Shown: one piece after another, positions 1 through 9,820 of the stretch | Numbering within the stretch: position 1 is the first letter of the stretch | Layout: every line of letters begins with the position of its first letter | Source of the DNA: Dehalococcoidia bacterium | GTDB taxonomy: Bacteria > Chloroflexota > Dehalococcoidia > UBA2979 | Direction: 5' to 3' | Assembly: GCA_965262725.1 (NCBI GenBank) | Contig: OZ253555.1 | Coordinates: 2,240,001 to 2,304,000, forward strand | DNA length: 64,000 nt | Position numbers and translations under genes: made by a program | Notes under the pieces: model-generated | What the model was told of the DNA's origin: nothing | Database searches by the model: none | Seen by the model: the letters and a program-made list of their open reading frames with translations, nothing else

Positions 1-1
1 T

Positions 2-115
2 GAGCTGCAGGTGCTCTCGATCCTGGGCCGGCGTATCAAGCAGGTGCGCGTGACGCGCGCTCAGCGGACGGGCGAGCACGCCGGCGCCGGCGAGTCCGGA
101 GCGGCCGAGCGCTGA
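2..115 (+). CDS. 3' end of a hemolysin-family/CorC-HlyC domain protein (partial, runs off window)
   Basis: Frame 2 reads ELQVLSILGRRIKQVRVTR...*, resembling the terminal strands of the CorC_HlyC domain; TGA at 113-115. Confidence 0.55.
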   Translation, partial: ELQVLSILGRRIKQVRVTRAQRTGEHAGAGESGAAER

Positions 116-275
116 TCGCCGCGCGGCCGGCGTCCCGGCCGCCCCGCGCCCGGGACGCCCGATCTCCCCGGAGCAGGGTTCGCGCCGCGCCTCGACTGAG
201 CAACGTTGCGCATTCGGGCTCCGGGGCCAAATGTAGGAACGACGCACGGGGGCATGCGGGAGAGGCGCAGGGCGC

Positions 276-3188
276 GTGAGTGAAGAAGCGGCCCAGGAGC
301 AGTCGAGCACGCCGGCTGGCGGGAGCCGCCGACGTTCCGCCGCGCGCGCCGCGGGCTCGGGGACACGCCTCGTGATCGTGGAGTCGCCTACGAAGGCACG
401 CACGGTCGGGGGCTTCCTTGGCCCGGGCTACGTCGTCGAGTCCTCGGTCGGCCACATCCGTGACCTCCCATCGGAGGCGGCCCAGGTGCCGGAGGGTGTG
501 ACCGGCGAGGCGAGGCGGCTCGGCGTCGACGTCGAGAACGAGTTCGCGCCGGTCTATGTCATCCCCCCCGGCAAGAGGCAGCAGGTCGCGAAGCTCCGGA
601 GGCTCCTGCGCGACGCTGACGAGCTCTACCTCGCGACCGACGAGGACCGCGAGGGCGAATCGATTGCGTGGCACCTGCGCGAGGTACTGAAGCCGCGCGT
701 GCCCGTGCGTCGCATGGTCTTCCACGAGATCACGCGCCCGGCCATCGAGGAGGCACTGGGCTCGCCACGTCAAGTCGACGAGGAGCTGGTCGAGGCACAG
801 GAGGCGCGCCGCATCCTGGACCGCCTCGTCGGCTGGGAGATCTCGCCCCTGCTCTGGAAGAAGGTGCGCCGGGGTCTCTCCGCCGGACGCGTGCAGTCGG
901 TCGCGACGCGCATCACAGTCGACCGCGAGCGCGAGCGGATGCGCTTCGTCCGCGGCAGCTACTGGGGCGTCGAGGCGTCGCTCGCACCCCGGGAGGAGCC
1001 GGAGGCGGGGGCGCCGCGCACCGTGCTCTCCCGTCTCGTGGAGATCGGGGGGCGCCGCGTGGCGGTGGGCCGCGACTTCGACGCGGCGACCGGGCGGCTC
1101 GCTCCCGGTGCCGCGATCACGCTCCTCGACGGCGAGCGCGCGAGCGCGCTGTCCGCATGGCTCAAGCAGGGTGATCGCCCCGGGAGCGTGCCGGGCCCCC
1201 GCCTGCGGGTGGTCGACGCCTCCAATCCCCCCCGCGGCGCCTCACTTCGCGTCGCCACGGTGGCCGAGCGCCCCTACACGCAGCGCCCGCCCGCTCCCTT
1301 CGTCACGTCGACGCTCCAGCAGGAGGCCTCGCGGAAGCTCCGTTTCACGGCGCAGCGCACGATGCACGCCGCGCAGCAGCTCTACGAGAACGGCTACATC
1401 ACGTACATGCGCACGGATTCGACGCAGCTCTCGGATGAGGCGACCACCGGCCTGAGACGGCAGATCGGCCAGCTCTACGGCGAGGAGTACCTCCCGGACC
1501 GCCCGCGTCGCTACCAGGGCGGCGCCCGCCGCGCGCAGGAGGCCCACGAGGCGATCCGGCCTGCCGGGGAGATCCTGCGCACGCCGGAGGGCCTCGCGCG
1601 CGAGCTGTCGGCGCTCGGCCGGGATGCACGGGCGCTCTACGAGCTGGTGTGGAAGCGCTCCGTCGCCTCGCAGATGCGGGACGCGCGGGGCGTGCGCACG
1701 CGGGTGCGCCTGGAGGGGGAGGCGCCGGCGCCGTCCGGCGGAGCCGATGCACTGGTGTTCAACGCCTCGGGGAAGGTGATCCGCTTCCCGGGCTTCCTGC
1801 GCGCCTACGTGGAGGGCTCCGACGACCCGGAGGCCGAGCTCGAGGACCAGGAGCGGCTGCTGCCCCCACTCGCCGTGGGGCAGATCCTCGACGTGATCGA
1901 GGCAGAGGCGGCGGGTCACGAGACGCAGCCGCCCGCCCGCTACACTGAGGCGAGCCTTGTGCGCGAGCTCGAGGAGCGAGGCATCGGCCGCCCCTCCACC
2001 TACGCCTCGATCCTGCAGACCATCGAGGAGCGGGGCTACGTGCGGAGGCGCGGCACGCAGCTCGTCCCGACCTTCACGGCCTTCGCGGTCGTGCAGTTGC
2101 TCGAGCGCCACTTCGCCGAGCTGGTCGACCTCGAGTTCACCGCGCGCATGGAAGACGATCTCGACGCCGTCGCCGATGGGCGGCTCGACAGCGGGCCGTG
2201 GCTGCGCGCCCTGTACTACGGCCGGCCCCGGGGCGAGCTGAAGGGTGCAGAGAGCGCCGGTGGTGAGGGGACCTCTCTCTCCGAGGTCGGTCTGAAGGAA
2301 GCGATCGAGCGCGGCCTAGAGGCGATCGATGCGCGCGCCGTCTCCACGATCCCGCTCGGCGAGGACGACCAGGGTCGAGCGCTCTCGGTCCGCGTTGGCC
2401 GCTACGGCCCCTTCGTCGAGGCGGCCGGCGAGAACCTGCGCGCCGACGTCCCGGAGGACCTCGCACCCGACGAACTGACAGTGGAGCGGGCGAGCGAGCT
2501 GCTCGCCGCCAAGCCCGGAGCGGAGGCGCTCCTCGGCGTCGATTCCGAGAGCGGCGAGCCCGTCTACCTCCGGAGCGGTCGCTACGGGCCCTACGTCCAG
2601 ATCGGCGAGGATCCCGAGCGCGATGCGAAGGGGAGGATCCCCCGGAAGGCGGCGAAGCCGCGGCGCGCGAGCCTCTGGAAGGGGATGGTCCCGGAGATGC
2701 TGACGCTCGCGGAGGCGCGGGAGTTGCTCTCGTTCCCGAAGACCCTCGGGCATCACCCGGAGAGCGGCGCGCCCGTCATCGCCCTGGACGGCCCTCGTGG
2801 CCCCTACATCCGCGCCGGCGAGGAGAGCCGTAGTCTCAGGGACCACGACCACCTCCGTGAGATCACGCTGGAGGAGGCGCTCGCCATCCTCGGCGAGCCA
2901 CGGCGCGGCGGCCTGCGCGGGCGGCAGGGACCGCTCGCGGAACTCGGCGCCCACCCGGAGAGCGGCGCGCCGGTCGTCGTACGCGACGGTCGCTTCGGCC
3001 CCTACGTCACGGACGGCACTGTCAACGCTTCCCTGCCCCGCGGCACGGATCCCGCCTCGATCGATCTCGATACGGCCGTGGTGCTCCTGACCGCGCGCGA
3101 GCAGCGCATCCGCGCGGAGGGCGGCGAGCCGGGGAAACGCCCGCGGGCTCGAGGCGGCCGGCGGGCAGGCGGGGGCCGAAGCGGTTAG
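276..3188 (+). CDS. topA: DNA topoisomerase I (type IA)
   Basis: LVIVESPTKA, ATDEDREGE, SAGRVQS, GYITYMRTDS (catalytic Tyr), AQEAHEAIRP, GIGRPSTY; C-terminal GRYGPY-type repeats instead of Zn ribbons. Confidence 0.98.
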   Translation: MSEEAAQEQSSTPAGGSRRRSAARAAGSGTRLVIVESPTKARTVGGFLGPGYVVESSVGHIRDLPSEAAQVPEGVTGEARRLGVDVENEFAPVYVIPPGKRQQVAKLRRLLRDADELYLATDEDREGESIAWHLREVLKPRVPVRRMVFHEITRPAIEEALGSPRQVDEELVEAQEARRILDRLVGWEISPLLWKKVRRGLSAGRVQSVATRITVDRERERMRFVRGSYWGVEASLAPREEPEAGAPRTVLSRLVEIGGRRVAVGRDFDAATGRLAPGAAITLLDGERASALSAWLKQGDRPGSVPGPRLRVVDASNPPRGASLRVATVAERPYTQRPPAPFVTSTLQQEASRKLRFTAQRTMHAAQQLYENGYITYMRTDSTQLSDEATTGLRRQIGQLYGEEYLPDRPRRYQGGARRAQEAHEAIRPAGEILRTPEGLARELSALGRDARALYELVWKRSVASQMRDARGVRTRVRLEGEAPAPSGGADALVFNASGKVIRFPGFLRAYVEGSDDPEAELEDQERLLPPLAVGQILDVIEAEAAGHETQPPARYTEASLVRELEERGIGRPSTYASILQTIEERGYVRRRGTQLVPTFTAFAVVQLLERHFAELVDLEFTARMEDDLDAVADGRLDSGPWLRALYYGRPRGELKGAESAGGEGTSLSEVGLKEAIERGLEAIDARAVSTIPLGEDDQGRALSVRVGRYGPFVEAAGENLRADVPEDLAPDELTVERASELLAAKPGAEALLGVDSESGEPVYLRSGRYGPYVQIGEDPERDAKGRIPRKAAKPRRASLWKGMVPEMLTLAEARELLSFPKTLGHHPESGAPVIALDGPRGPYIRAGEESRSLRDHDHLREITLEEALAILGEPRRGGLRGRQGPLAELGAHPESGAPVVVRDGRFGPYVTDGTVNASLPRGTDPASIDLDTAVVLLTAREQRIRAEGGEPGKRPRARGGRRAGGGRSG

Positions 3189-3527
3189 GACCCCGGGACT
3201 ACATCTCCCACGGCTCCACGCTCACACGCAGGACTGGCGCCGTCACACCGAGCAGAGGCGCCCGACCCGCCGGCCGATCGGAGCCGCACCTGCCCTGAGG
3301 GACTGGTTCGAATGCGCCGCGCGCCGCGTGACCTCGTCGGGCACGTGCGGCCGGTGGGCGAGTTCCCGGGCGTGAGGCGGGTCTCCCCCGATACGCCGTG
3401 AGCCCCGACCGAGTGGTGCCGCCGCCCGTCGCGCCTGCGAACGGCCGCCCGTCGCACGCTCCCTCCCGGTGCATCGGACGCGGTGATACGCTGGGAGGAG
3501 CGGGGTGGTGCAGGGGTCCTCTCGTCC

Positions 3528-4610
3528 ATGCCGTCCCAATCTGCGGGAAGCACTGCTCGCTCCGATCTCCGCGACCCGCATGAGGCGCTTGTACGCTACC
3601 TCGATGATCTGCGCTCCGTCCGCCGCCGATCCCCGCACACGCTCCGCAACTACCGCTCGGACATCGGTGGGTTCCTCGCCTACCTCGAGAGCGAGGGCGT
3701 GGGCTTCCTGGAGGCGGGGCGCAGCCACGGCCGCGGATACCTCGCCCTCCTGAGGGAACGCGAGATCGCTCCCGCTTCCGTCAAGCGCTGCGCCTCGACG
3801 ATTCGCAGCTTCTACGGCTGGCTCGACACGCACGATGTTCCGCTCGGCGCGCGCCGTGGCGACTCGATACTCCGGCTGCGCCACCCGAAGGCGCCGTCCA
3901 GACTTCCGCGCTTCCTCTCGGAGGAGGAGGCGGCTGCGCTGCTCGATGCACCGACCACGCGAGGGCCCAGCGCCGCATCCAAGGGGGAGGAGGGGGGTGA
4001 CGACGCGGAGTCCCTGCGCGACCACGCGATCCTGGAGCTGCTCTACGGCGCCGGGCTACGCGTGGCGGAGCTGGTGGGCTGCGATGTCCGGGATGTCGAC
4101 CTGGCGCAGCAGCACGTACGGGTCACCGGGAAGGGCGACCGCCCGCGCGTCGCGCTCTACGGCGCCCCCGCCCGCGCCGCGCTCGCCGGCTACCTGGAGA
4201 GGGGGCGGCCCGTGCTCGCCACCGGCGCGGAGCCGGCTCTCTTCCTCTCACGCACGGGCCGCCGGCTCTCGACTCGCTCGGTCCAGCGCATCGTGCGCCG
4301 CGCCGGGCTCAACGCCGGGATCGCCGCACGCGTGCACCCGCACCTCCTGCGCCACACGTTCGCGACGCACATGCTCGACAACGCGGCGGACCTGCGCGTC
4401 GTCCAGCACCTGCTCGGGCACTCGTCGCCCGACACGACGCAGGTCTACACGGCCGTCTCCCAGCGCGGGCAGGCATCGCTCGTGACCACCGCGCTCGCGC
4501 GAGCCCGCGAGCGCTCGACTCAGCGCGTGGGGCCCTCGCCCGCGCACGTCGGGGAGGAGAGCGCTGCCGAGGCGTCCGGCGGCGAGCCGAGAGCGGCCGC
4601 CGCCGACTGA
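3528..4610 (+). CDS. xerC: Tyrosine recombinase XerC/XerD family
   Basis: SPHTLRNY N-domain; GLRVAEL, VTGKG, HPHLLRHTFATH, LLGHSS, TTQVYT; follows topA. ATG 3528 preferred over GTG 3483. Confidence 0.88.
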   Translation: MPSQSAGSTARSDLRDPHEALVRYLDDLRSVRRRSPHTLRNYRSDIGGFLAYLESEGVGFLEAGRSHGRGYLALLREREIAPASVKRCASTIRSFYGWLDTHDVPLGARRGDSILRLRHPKAPSRLPRFLSEEEAAALLDAPTTRGPSAASKGEEGGDDAESLRDHAILELLYGAGLRVAELVGCDVRDVDLAQQHVRVTGKGDRPRVALYGAPARAALAGYLERGRPVLATGAEPALFLSRTGRRLSTRSVQRIVRRAGLNAGIAARVHPHLLRHTFATHMLDNAADLRVVQHLLGHSSPDTTQVYTAVSQRGQASLVTTALARARERSTQRVGPSPAHVGEESAAEASGGEPRAAAAD

Positions 4611-4735
4611 ACGCCGGTCGCGCGCAGGCCGCTGGCACGTGCCGCACCCCGACCTCCCCGCGCTGCGGCCGGTAGAATCTGGAGGCTGCCCGGCACCGCG
4701 ACGCGGTGCGGGCCGACGGGAAGAGGTGGAGGCGG

Positions 4736-5200
4736 ATGCGCGTGCTCGTGCTGAACGGACCGAACCTGAACCTGCTCGGCAGTCGCGAGCCGCAGATCTA
4801 CGGCTCGGAGAGCCTCGACGATATCGAGGCCATCCTCCGCGATCGCGCGAATCAGCTCGGCATCGAGATCGACTGCGTGCAGTCCAATCACGAGGGCGCC
4901 CTGATCGACGCCATCCACGAGCACCGGGACTGGGACGGCGTCATCATCAATCCCGGCGCGCTCACCCACACGTCGATCGCGCTCGCCGACGCCCTCTCCG
5001 CGACCGGGCTCGCCGCGATCGAGGTGCATGTCTCCAACGTGCACGCGCGCGAGCGGTTCCGGCGTCACTCCTACATCGCCCCCGTGGCGTGGGGGCAGAT
5101 CACGGGATTCGGCTTCCGGGGCTACCGGGCGGCCCTGCACCTCCTCCACCAGCGGTGGACGGAGATGCAGGAGGAAGGCGAGGCGGAGAGCACCGCGTGA
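4736..5200 (+). CDS. aroQ: Type II 3-dehydroquinate dehydratase
   Basis: MRVLVLNGPNLNLLGSREPQIYG, QSNHEG, INPGALTHTS, EVHVSNVHARE. Confidence 0.97.
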   Translation: MRVLVLNGPNLNLLGSREPQIYGSESLDDIEAILRDRANQLGIEIDCVQSNHEGALIDAIHEHRDWDGVIINPGALTHTSIALADALSATGLAAIEVHVSNVHARERFRRHSYIAPVAWGQITGFGFRGYRAALHLLHQRWTEMQEEGEAESTA

Positions 5201-6360
5201 GCAAGACCCCCGCGTCCCGGCCCGGGGCCGGGGGCACGCGCGTCGACCGCCTCCGTGCGCTGCTCGGCCGCGAGGGACTCGACGCTCTGCTCGTCACGTC
5301 GCCGGTCAACCGCCGCTGGCTCTCGGGCTTCACGGGCTCCGCCGGCACGCTGCTCGTCTCGAGTGGCTCCGCCCTGCTCGGCACCGACTTCCGCTACTGG
5401 GAGCAGGCAGAGGCGGAGGCGCCCTGCTTCGAGCTCGTGCGCGAGGGCGACCGCGGGACCGGCCCTCCGATCGAGCTCCTCGCCGGGCTCGGCGGGCGCG
5501 CCGTGGGCTTCGATCCGTGCGGGATCACCGTCGCGGAGCACGGCGAGTGGACGGGCGCGCTCGCGGAGCTGCTGGTGTCCGAGCGCCCCCGCCTGGTGCC
5601 GGCGCCGGGGCTGGTGGAGGAGCTTCGTCTGGTGAAGGAGCGAGGCGAGGTCGAGGCGCTCGAACGCGCCGCCTCACTCACCGACGCCTGCCTCGAGCAG
5701 GCCGTGGAGCTGGCGGTGCCGGGCACCACCGAGCGCGCGATCGCCTGGTCCATACAGCGCTACGCGATGGAGCACGGGGCCGACGGGCTCTCCTTCGACT
5801 CCATCGTGGCGGCGGGGCCGCACGCCGCGAGGCCGCACGCCCGGCCTCGAGACGTGCCGCTCGAGCGTGGGCAGCCGCTCGTGCTCGATCTCGGCGCTTC
5901 CGTGGACGGCTACTGCTCTGACCTCACGCGGACCATCGTGGTCGGCGGTCCGGACGCGGCCAGTCCGACCTTTCACCGGGTCTACGGCACCGTCCTTGCG
6001 GCGCAGATGCGGGCGCTCGAACGAATCGAGGCGGGGATGACAGGTGCTGAGGCGCACGACGTCGCCGCCTCCGTGATCGCCGAGGCGGGCTACGGGGAGA
6101 ACTTCGGCCACGGCCTCGGGCACGGCGTCGGCGTGGAGGTACACGAATCGCCCCGGCTCCGACCCGCATCGGATCATGTACTCGCCGACGGGCAGGTCAT
6201 GACGGTGGAGCCGGGCATCTACCTCGCGGGCTGGGGCGGAGTCCGCATCGAGGACATGTGCGTGATGGAGGGCGGACGCTTGCGGCCGCTCTCCAAGGCG
6301 GCGAAGCTCGACGGGGGCGCGCCGGGCCGGCGCCCGCGGGCGACGGGAGGCGGCGTGTGA
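5197..6360 (+). CDS. Xaa-Pro aminopeptidase (M24 family)
   Basis: GFTGSAG, TDFRY, YCSDLTRT, HGLGHGVGVEVHE, TVEPGIY, GGVRIED; GTG overlaps the aroQ stop. Confidence 0.93.
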   Translation: MSKTPASRPGAGGTRVDRLRALLGREGLDALLVTSPVNRRWLSGFTGSAGTLLVSSGSALLGTDFRYWEQAEAEAPCFELVREGDRGTGPPIELLAGLGGRAVGFDPCGITVAEHGEWTGALAELLVSERPRLVPAPGLVEELRLVKERGEVEALERAASLTDACLEQAVELAVPGTTERAIAWSIQRYAMEHGADGLSFDSIVAAGPHAARPHARPRDVPLERGQPLVLDLGASVDGYCSDLTRTIVVGGPDAASPTFHRVYGTVLAAQMRALERIEAGMTGAEAHDVAASVIAEAGYGENFGHGLGHGVGVEVHESPRLRPASDHVLADGQVMTVEPGIYLAGWGGVRIEDMCVMEGGRLRPLSKAAKLDGGAPGRRPRATGGGV

Positions 6361-6920
6361 TCGGGACCGGGGAACTCAAGCGCGGCACCACCGTGGAGAT
6401 CGACGGGTCCCTCTATCAGGTTGTCGACGTCAACCACATCAAGACCAAGAAGTCCGCGGTCTACCGCACCAAGCTCCGCGACCTCCGCGCCGGGCACATC
6501 ATCGAGCGCACGTTCAACGCCAACGAGAAACTCGCTCCCGCGCGCGTCGAGCGCCGGCAAATGCAGTACCTCTACGGCCAGGACGAACTGCACACTTTCA
6601 TGAACACCGAGACCTACGATCAGGTCACCGTCGAGGCGCGCGTGATCGCGGGGGAACTCCCCTACGTGACCGAGGGTGCGATCGTGCAACTGCTGCTCTT
6701 CGGCGACGAGCCGCTCGCGCTCGAGCTCCCGGCCGCCGTCGAGCTCACCATCACCGAGTCCGACCCTGGCGTCAGGGGTGACACGGCGACCGGCGCGACC
6801 AAGCCCGCCACCCTGGAGACGGGGCTCGTGGTCCATGTGCCACTTTTCATCAACCCGGGCGACCGCGTGAAGGTCTCGACCGACGGCGGCCACTACCTCG
6901 AGCGCGTCCAGATCGCCTGA
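6357..6920 (+). CDS. efp: Elongation factor P
   Basis: MQYLY, FMNTETYDQ, PGVRGDTATGATKPATLETG, VPLFI; GTG overlaps the upstream stop. Confidence 0.96.
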   Translation: MIGTGELKRGTTVEIDGSLYQVVDVNHIKTKKSAVYRTKLRDLRAGHIIERTFNANEKLAPARVERRQMQYLYGQDELHTFMNTETYDQVTVEARVIAGELPYVTEGAIVQLLLFGDEPLALELPAAVELTITESDPGVRGDTATGATKPATLETGLVVHVPLFINPGDRVKVSTDGGHYLERVQIA

Positions 6921-6999
6921 GGGACGCTGGGCCGCCAGGCGAACGTGATGTGCTGTCGCGACGCCCGCGGAACCGTCCGCCCCTGCGCCGGAGGTTAGC

Positions 7000-8253
7000 G
7001 TGTCCGCGACGCCCGGAGCCCCGCCCCCTCCCCGGGGCAACCCCGAGGCCGTTCCCGTCGCCCGGCTGCTGCACGCGCTCCGCGGCGTGCTGGAGGCGGA
7101 TCAACGCTTCCGGGACGTCTGGGTCTCGGGGGAGGTGCTCAACCTCGTCCACGCGCGGTCGGGCCACATCTACTTCACGCTGACCGAGGGCGGCGCCGCG
7201 CTGCGCTGCGCGTTCTTCCGCAACCGCAACGTCGGGCAGGCCGACCGGCTGAAGGACGGGGCGGCCGTGCTCGCACACGGCTCAGTTTCGCTCTACGAGG
7301 AGCGCGGTGATCTCCAGTTCATCGTCGACTTCGTGCAACCGGCGGGCGCGGGCGCGGCCGCCGCCGAGTTTGAGCGCCGCCGCTCGCGCTTCGAGGCTGA
7401 GGGTCTTTTCGACCCGTCGCGCAAGCGGTCGCTCCCGCGCTTCCCGCGCCGGGTCGCCGTCGTGACGTCGCCGCAGGGCGCGGTCCTCCACGACGTGCGG
7501 ACCGTGCTCGGACGCCGCTGGCCGCTCGCGACGCTCCTCGTGCAGCCGACCTCCGTGCAGGGTGCCGAGGCGGCAGGGGAGATCGCCGCCGCGATCCGCG
7601 CCGCCGCAGAGCCCCGAGGGCGGGACGGCACCAGAATCGCCCCGCCTGAGGTCGTGATCGTCGCGCGTGGCGGGGGCGCCGCGGAGGATCTCTGGGCCTT
7701 CAACGATGAGTCGGTCGTCCGCGCGATCTTCGGATGCCCGGTCCCCGTCGTCTCCGCGGTGGGCCACGAGACCGACGTCACGCTCGCCGACCTCGTCGCT
7801 GATGTGCGTGCCCCGACGCCCTCCGCCGCCGCCGAGCTCGTCGCCCCCGATCGCGACGAGCTCCTGGATCGCGTCGCGCGCGAGCGGGCGAGGCTCGCCA
7901 CGACGCTCCTCGGAGTGCTCGGATTCCATCGCGCGCGCGTCCGCGAGCAGGGAGCGTCGCTTGCACGCGCGCTCCCGGACCGCGACCAGCGCCGCCTTCG
8001 CGTGCGGGCGGTGGCCGATGCGATGGCCCGCCACGTGGAGGCGCGGACCGCCTCCCATCGCGCCGGCGTCGGCCGGTTCGCGGAGCGGATCGCCGCCCTC
8101 TCGCCCCGGGGAACGCTCGGGCGGGGCTATGCGCTCGTCTCGCGCCCGGACGGGAGCGCCGTCGCCGACGCGGCCGACCTCTCCGAGGGAGAGCGCGTGC
8201 TGCTCAGGCTCCGCGACGGCGCCCGCGGCGCGCGTGTAGAGTCTCCTCCGTGA
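7000..8253 (+). CDS. xseA: Exodeoxyribonuclease VII large subunit
   Basis: VWVSGEV, SGHIYFTL, EGLFD, ARGGG, DLWAFNDE, VSAVGHETD, RAPTPSAAAE. Confidence 0.96.
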   Translation: MSATPGAPPPPRGNPEAVPVARLLHALRGVLEADQRFRDVWVSGEVLNLVHARSGHIYFTLTEGGAALRCAFFRNRNVGQADRLKDGAAVLAHGSVSLYEERGDLQFIVDFVQPAGAGAAAAEFERRRSRFEAEGLFDPSRKRSLPRFPRRVAVVTSPQGAVLHDVRTVLGRRWPLATLLVQPTSVQGAEAAGEIAAAIRAAAEPRGRDGTRIAPPEVVIVARGGGAAEDLWAFNDESVVRAIFGCPVPVVSAVGHETDVTLADLVADVRAPTPSAAAELVAPDRDELLDRVARERARLATTLLGVLGFHRARVREQGASLARALPDRDQRRLRVRAVADAMARHVEARTASHRAGVGRFAERIAALSPRGTLGRGYALVSRPDGSAVADAADLSEGERVLLRLRDGARGARVESPP

Positions 8254-8561
8254 GCACCGATGCGCAGGAATCCGCCCCGGCCGCCGAGCACGGCGCGGGG
8301 CCCGACCCGGTTCCGGGCGCTGGCGACGGCGAGCCCTCCTTCGAGGCCCTCTACGAGCGGCTCGATCAGGTCGCCCAGGAACTCGGCGCGGGCGGCCTTT
8401 CTCTCGAGAAGTCGATCGCCCTCTACGAAGAGGGGATGAGACTCGCGGCGAGCTGTGAGCGCCTGCTCGATGGCGTCGAGCAGCGGATCGAGATGCTGCG
8501 CAAGGCCCGGGCGACGGGTGCAGCGGGACCGGGAGAGCCGCCTGGCGGAAGGCTCCTGTGA
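8250..8561 (+). CDS. xseB: Exodeoxyribonuclease VII small subunit
   Basis: SFEALYERLDQVAQEL...LSLEKSIALYEEG; coupled to xseA. Confidence 0.93.
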   Translation: MSTDAQESAPAAEHGAGPDPVPGAGDGEPSFEALYERLDQVAQELGAGGLSLEKSIALYEEGMRLAASCERLLDGVEQRIEMLRKARATGAAGPGEPPGGRLL

Positions 8562-8568
8562 GGCGCGC

Positions 8569-9354
8569 GTGACCCTGCGCATCGGCTGGTTCACCACAGG
8601 GCGCGGAGAGGGATCGCGCGGTTTCTACCGCGCCACACGCGACGCGATCGGAGCCGGCGCGCTCTCGGCCGAGATTGCGGTGCTCTTCTGCAACCGCGAC
8701 CCCGGCGAGGTGCCGGCGACCGACGCGCTGCTTGAGGAGGTGCGTGCCGACGGCGTGCCGGTCGTGACGCGTTCCTCGGTGGCGTTCCGCCGGGCGCGCT
8801 GCGGCGAGCGCTCGCGCCCCGGCGAGCCACTCCCGGCCTGGCGCGCCGAGTACGACCGCGCCGTCCACGAGGCGCTGGCGGCGTACCCGTTCGAGGTCGG
8901 CGTGCTCGCCGGCTACATGCTGATCCTCACCGCGGAGTTCGTGGAGCAGCATGTGCTGCTCAACTTCCACCCCGCGCTTCCCACAGGCCCGATCGGCACC
9001 TGGCGCGAGGTGATCCGCGCGCTGATCCGCAGCCGCGCGACGGCGAGCGGCGTGATGATGCACCTCGTCATCCCGGAGGTCGACGCCGGTGCCGTCGCGA
9101 CCTTCTGCCGCTACACGCTGCGCGACGCGGGGCTCGATCCGCTGTGGCGGGAGCTCGAGCCCTCGATCGACGGGGCGACCGACCAGGAGCTGGAGGAGAG
9201 CCCGCTCTTCGGCGCGATTCGGGAGCGCGGCCTCAGGCACGAGGCGCCGCTCCTCGTCGCCACCCTGGGCGCCGTCGCCGACGGCCGCCTCCGCCTCGCG
9301 GGCGGGCGCCTGGAGGGCGCGCCGCTGGAGATCCCCGTGCCGACCCTCCCGTAG
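8569..9354 (+). CDS. purN: Phosphoribosylglycinamide formyltransferase-like formyl transferase
   Basis: LAGYMLI, LNFHPALP (N-x-H), EVDAG; divergent N-terminus GWFTTGRG. Confidence 0.75.
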   Translation: MTLRIGWFTTGRGEGSRGFYRATRDAIGAGALSAEIAVLFCNRDPGEVPATDALLEEVRADGVPVVTRSSVAFRRARCGERSRPGEPLPAWRAEYDRAVHEALAAYPFEVGVLAGYMLILTAEFVEQHVLLNFHPALPTGPIGTWREVIRALIRSRATASGVMMHLVIPEVDAGAVATFCRYTLRDAGLDPLWRELEPSIDGATDQELEESPLFGAIRERGLRHEAPLLVATLGAVADGRLRLAGGRLEGAPLEIPVPTLP

Positions 9355-9432
9355 GCCGGCGCGGCCCGGCGTCGGGCGCGATTGGGTACGCTGTCGCGAG
9401 GTCGCCCCTGCGGCTGATGAAGGGATCGTACC

Positions 9433-9753
9433 GTGAGCGAGCATCGACCCGTCCCCGCCGCGGCCCGCTTCGGGCGCGCGCTGGCGGCCCTGCCCGCGCG
9501 GGCGCCGGCGGGACGCCGCCGGCGGGCCCTCGCGCGCGCTTGGTGCAGGACCGCGCCGGCCGTCCAGGGCGCGCTCGCCGCCGTCGCTCTGACGCTTGCG
9601 GCCGAGCGCGTGCTGCGCGCTGCGGGGAGTGTCGTGCTCTCGGTTGTCTCCACCGCTCCGCGCGCGCGGCCGGCGGGCAGCCCCGGCACGAGCCGCCGTT
9701 CGCGCACGGTCGTCACCGAGATCACCATCCTCGAGCGGCGCGTCCGTCGATGA
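9433..9753 (+). CDS. Hypothetical small protein with one hydrophobic segment
   Basis: Fills the gap between purN and the pseudouridine synthase; purine-rich RBS; ends TVVTEITILERR. Confidence 0.45.
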   Translation: MSEHRPVPAAARFGRALAALPARAPAGRRRRALARAWCRTAPAVQGALAAVALTLAAERVLRAAGSVVLSVVSTAPRARPAGSPGTSRRSRTVVTEITILERRVRR

Positions 9754-9820
9754 CCGGCCCGTGACCCGCAGGCGCTCTCCTCCCCCCGTCCCGCCCGCCG
9801 ACCCAGGCGGACGGGGCCCG

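Noticed and set aside
2380-3110. Repeated GRYGPY motifs in the TopA C-terminus as a novelty
   Set aside because: Known topoisomerase C-terminal repeats of Zn-ribbon-less TopA proteins
3528-4610. Tyrosine recombinase as a mobile-element integrase
   Set aside because: XerC-like size and motifs, housekeeping context after topA, no att sites or cargo seen
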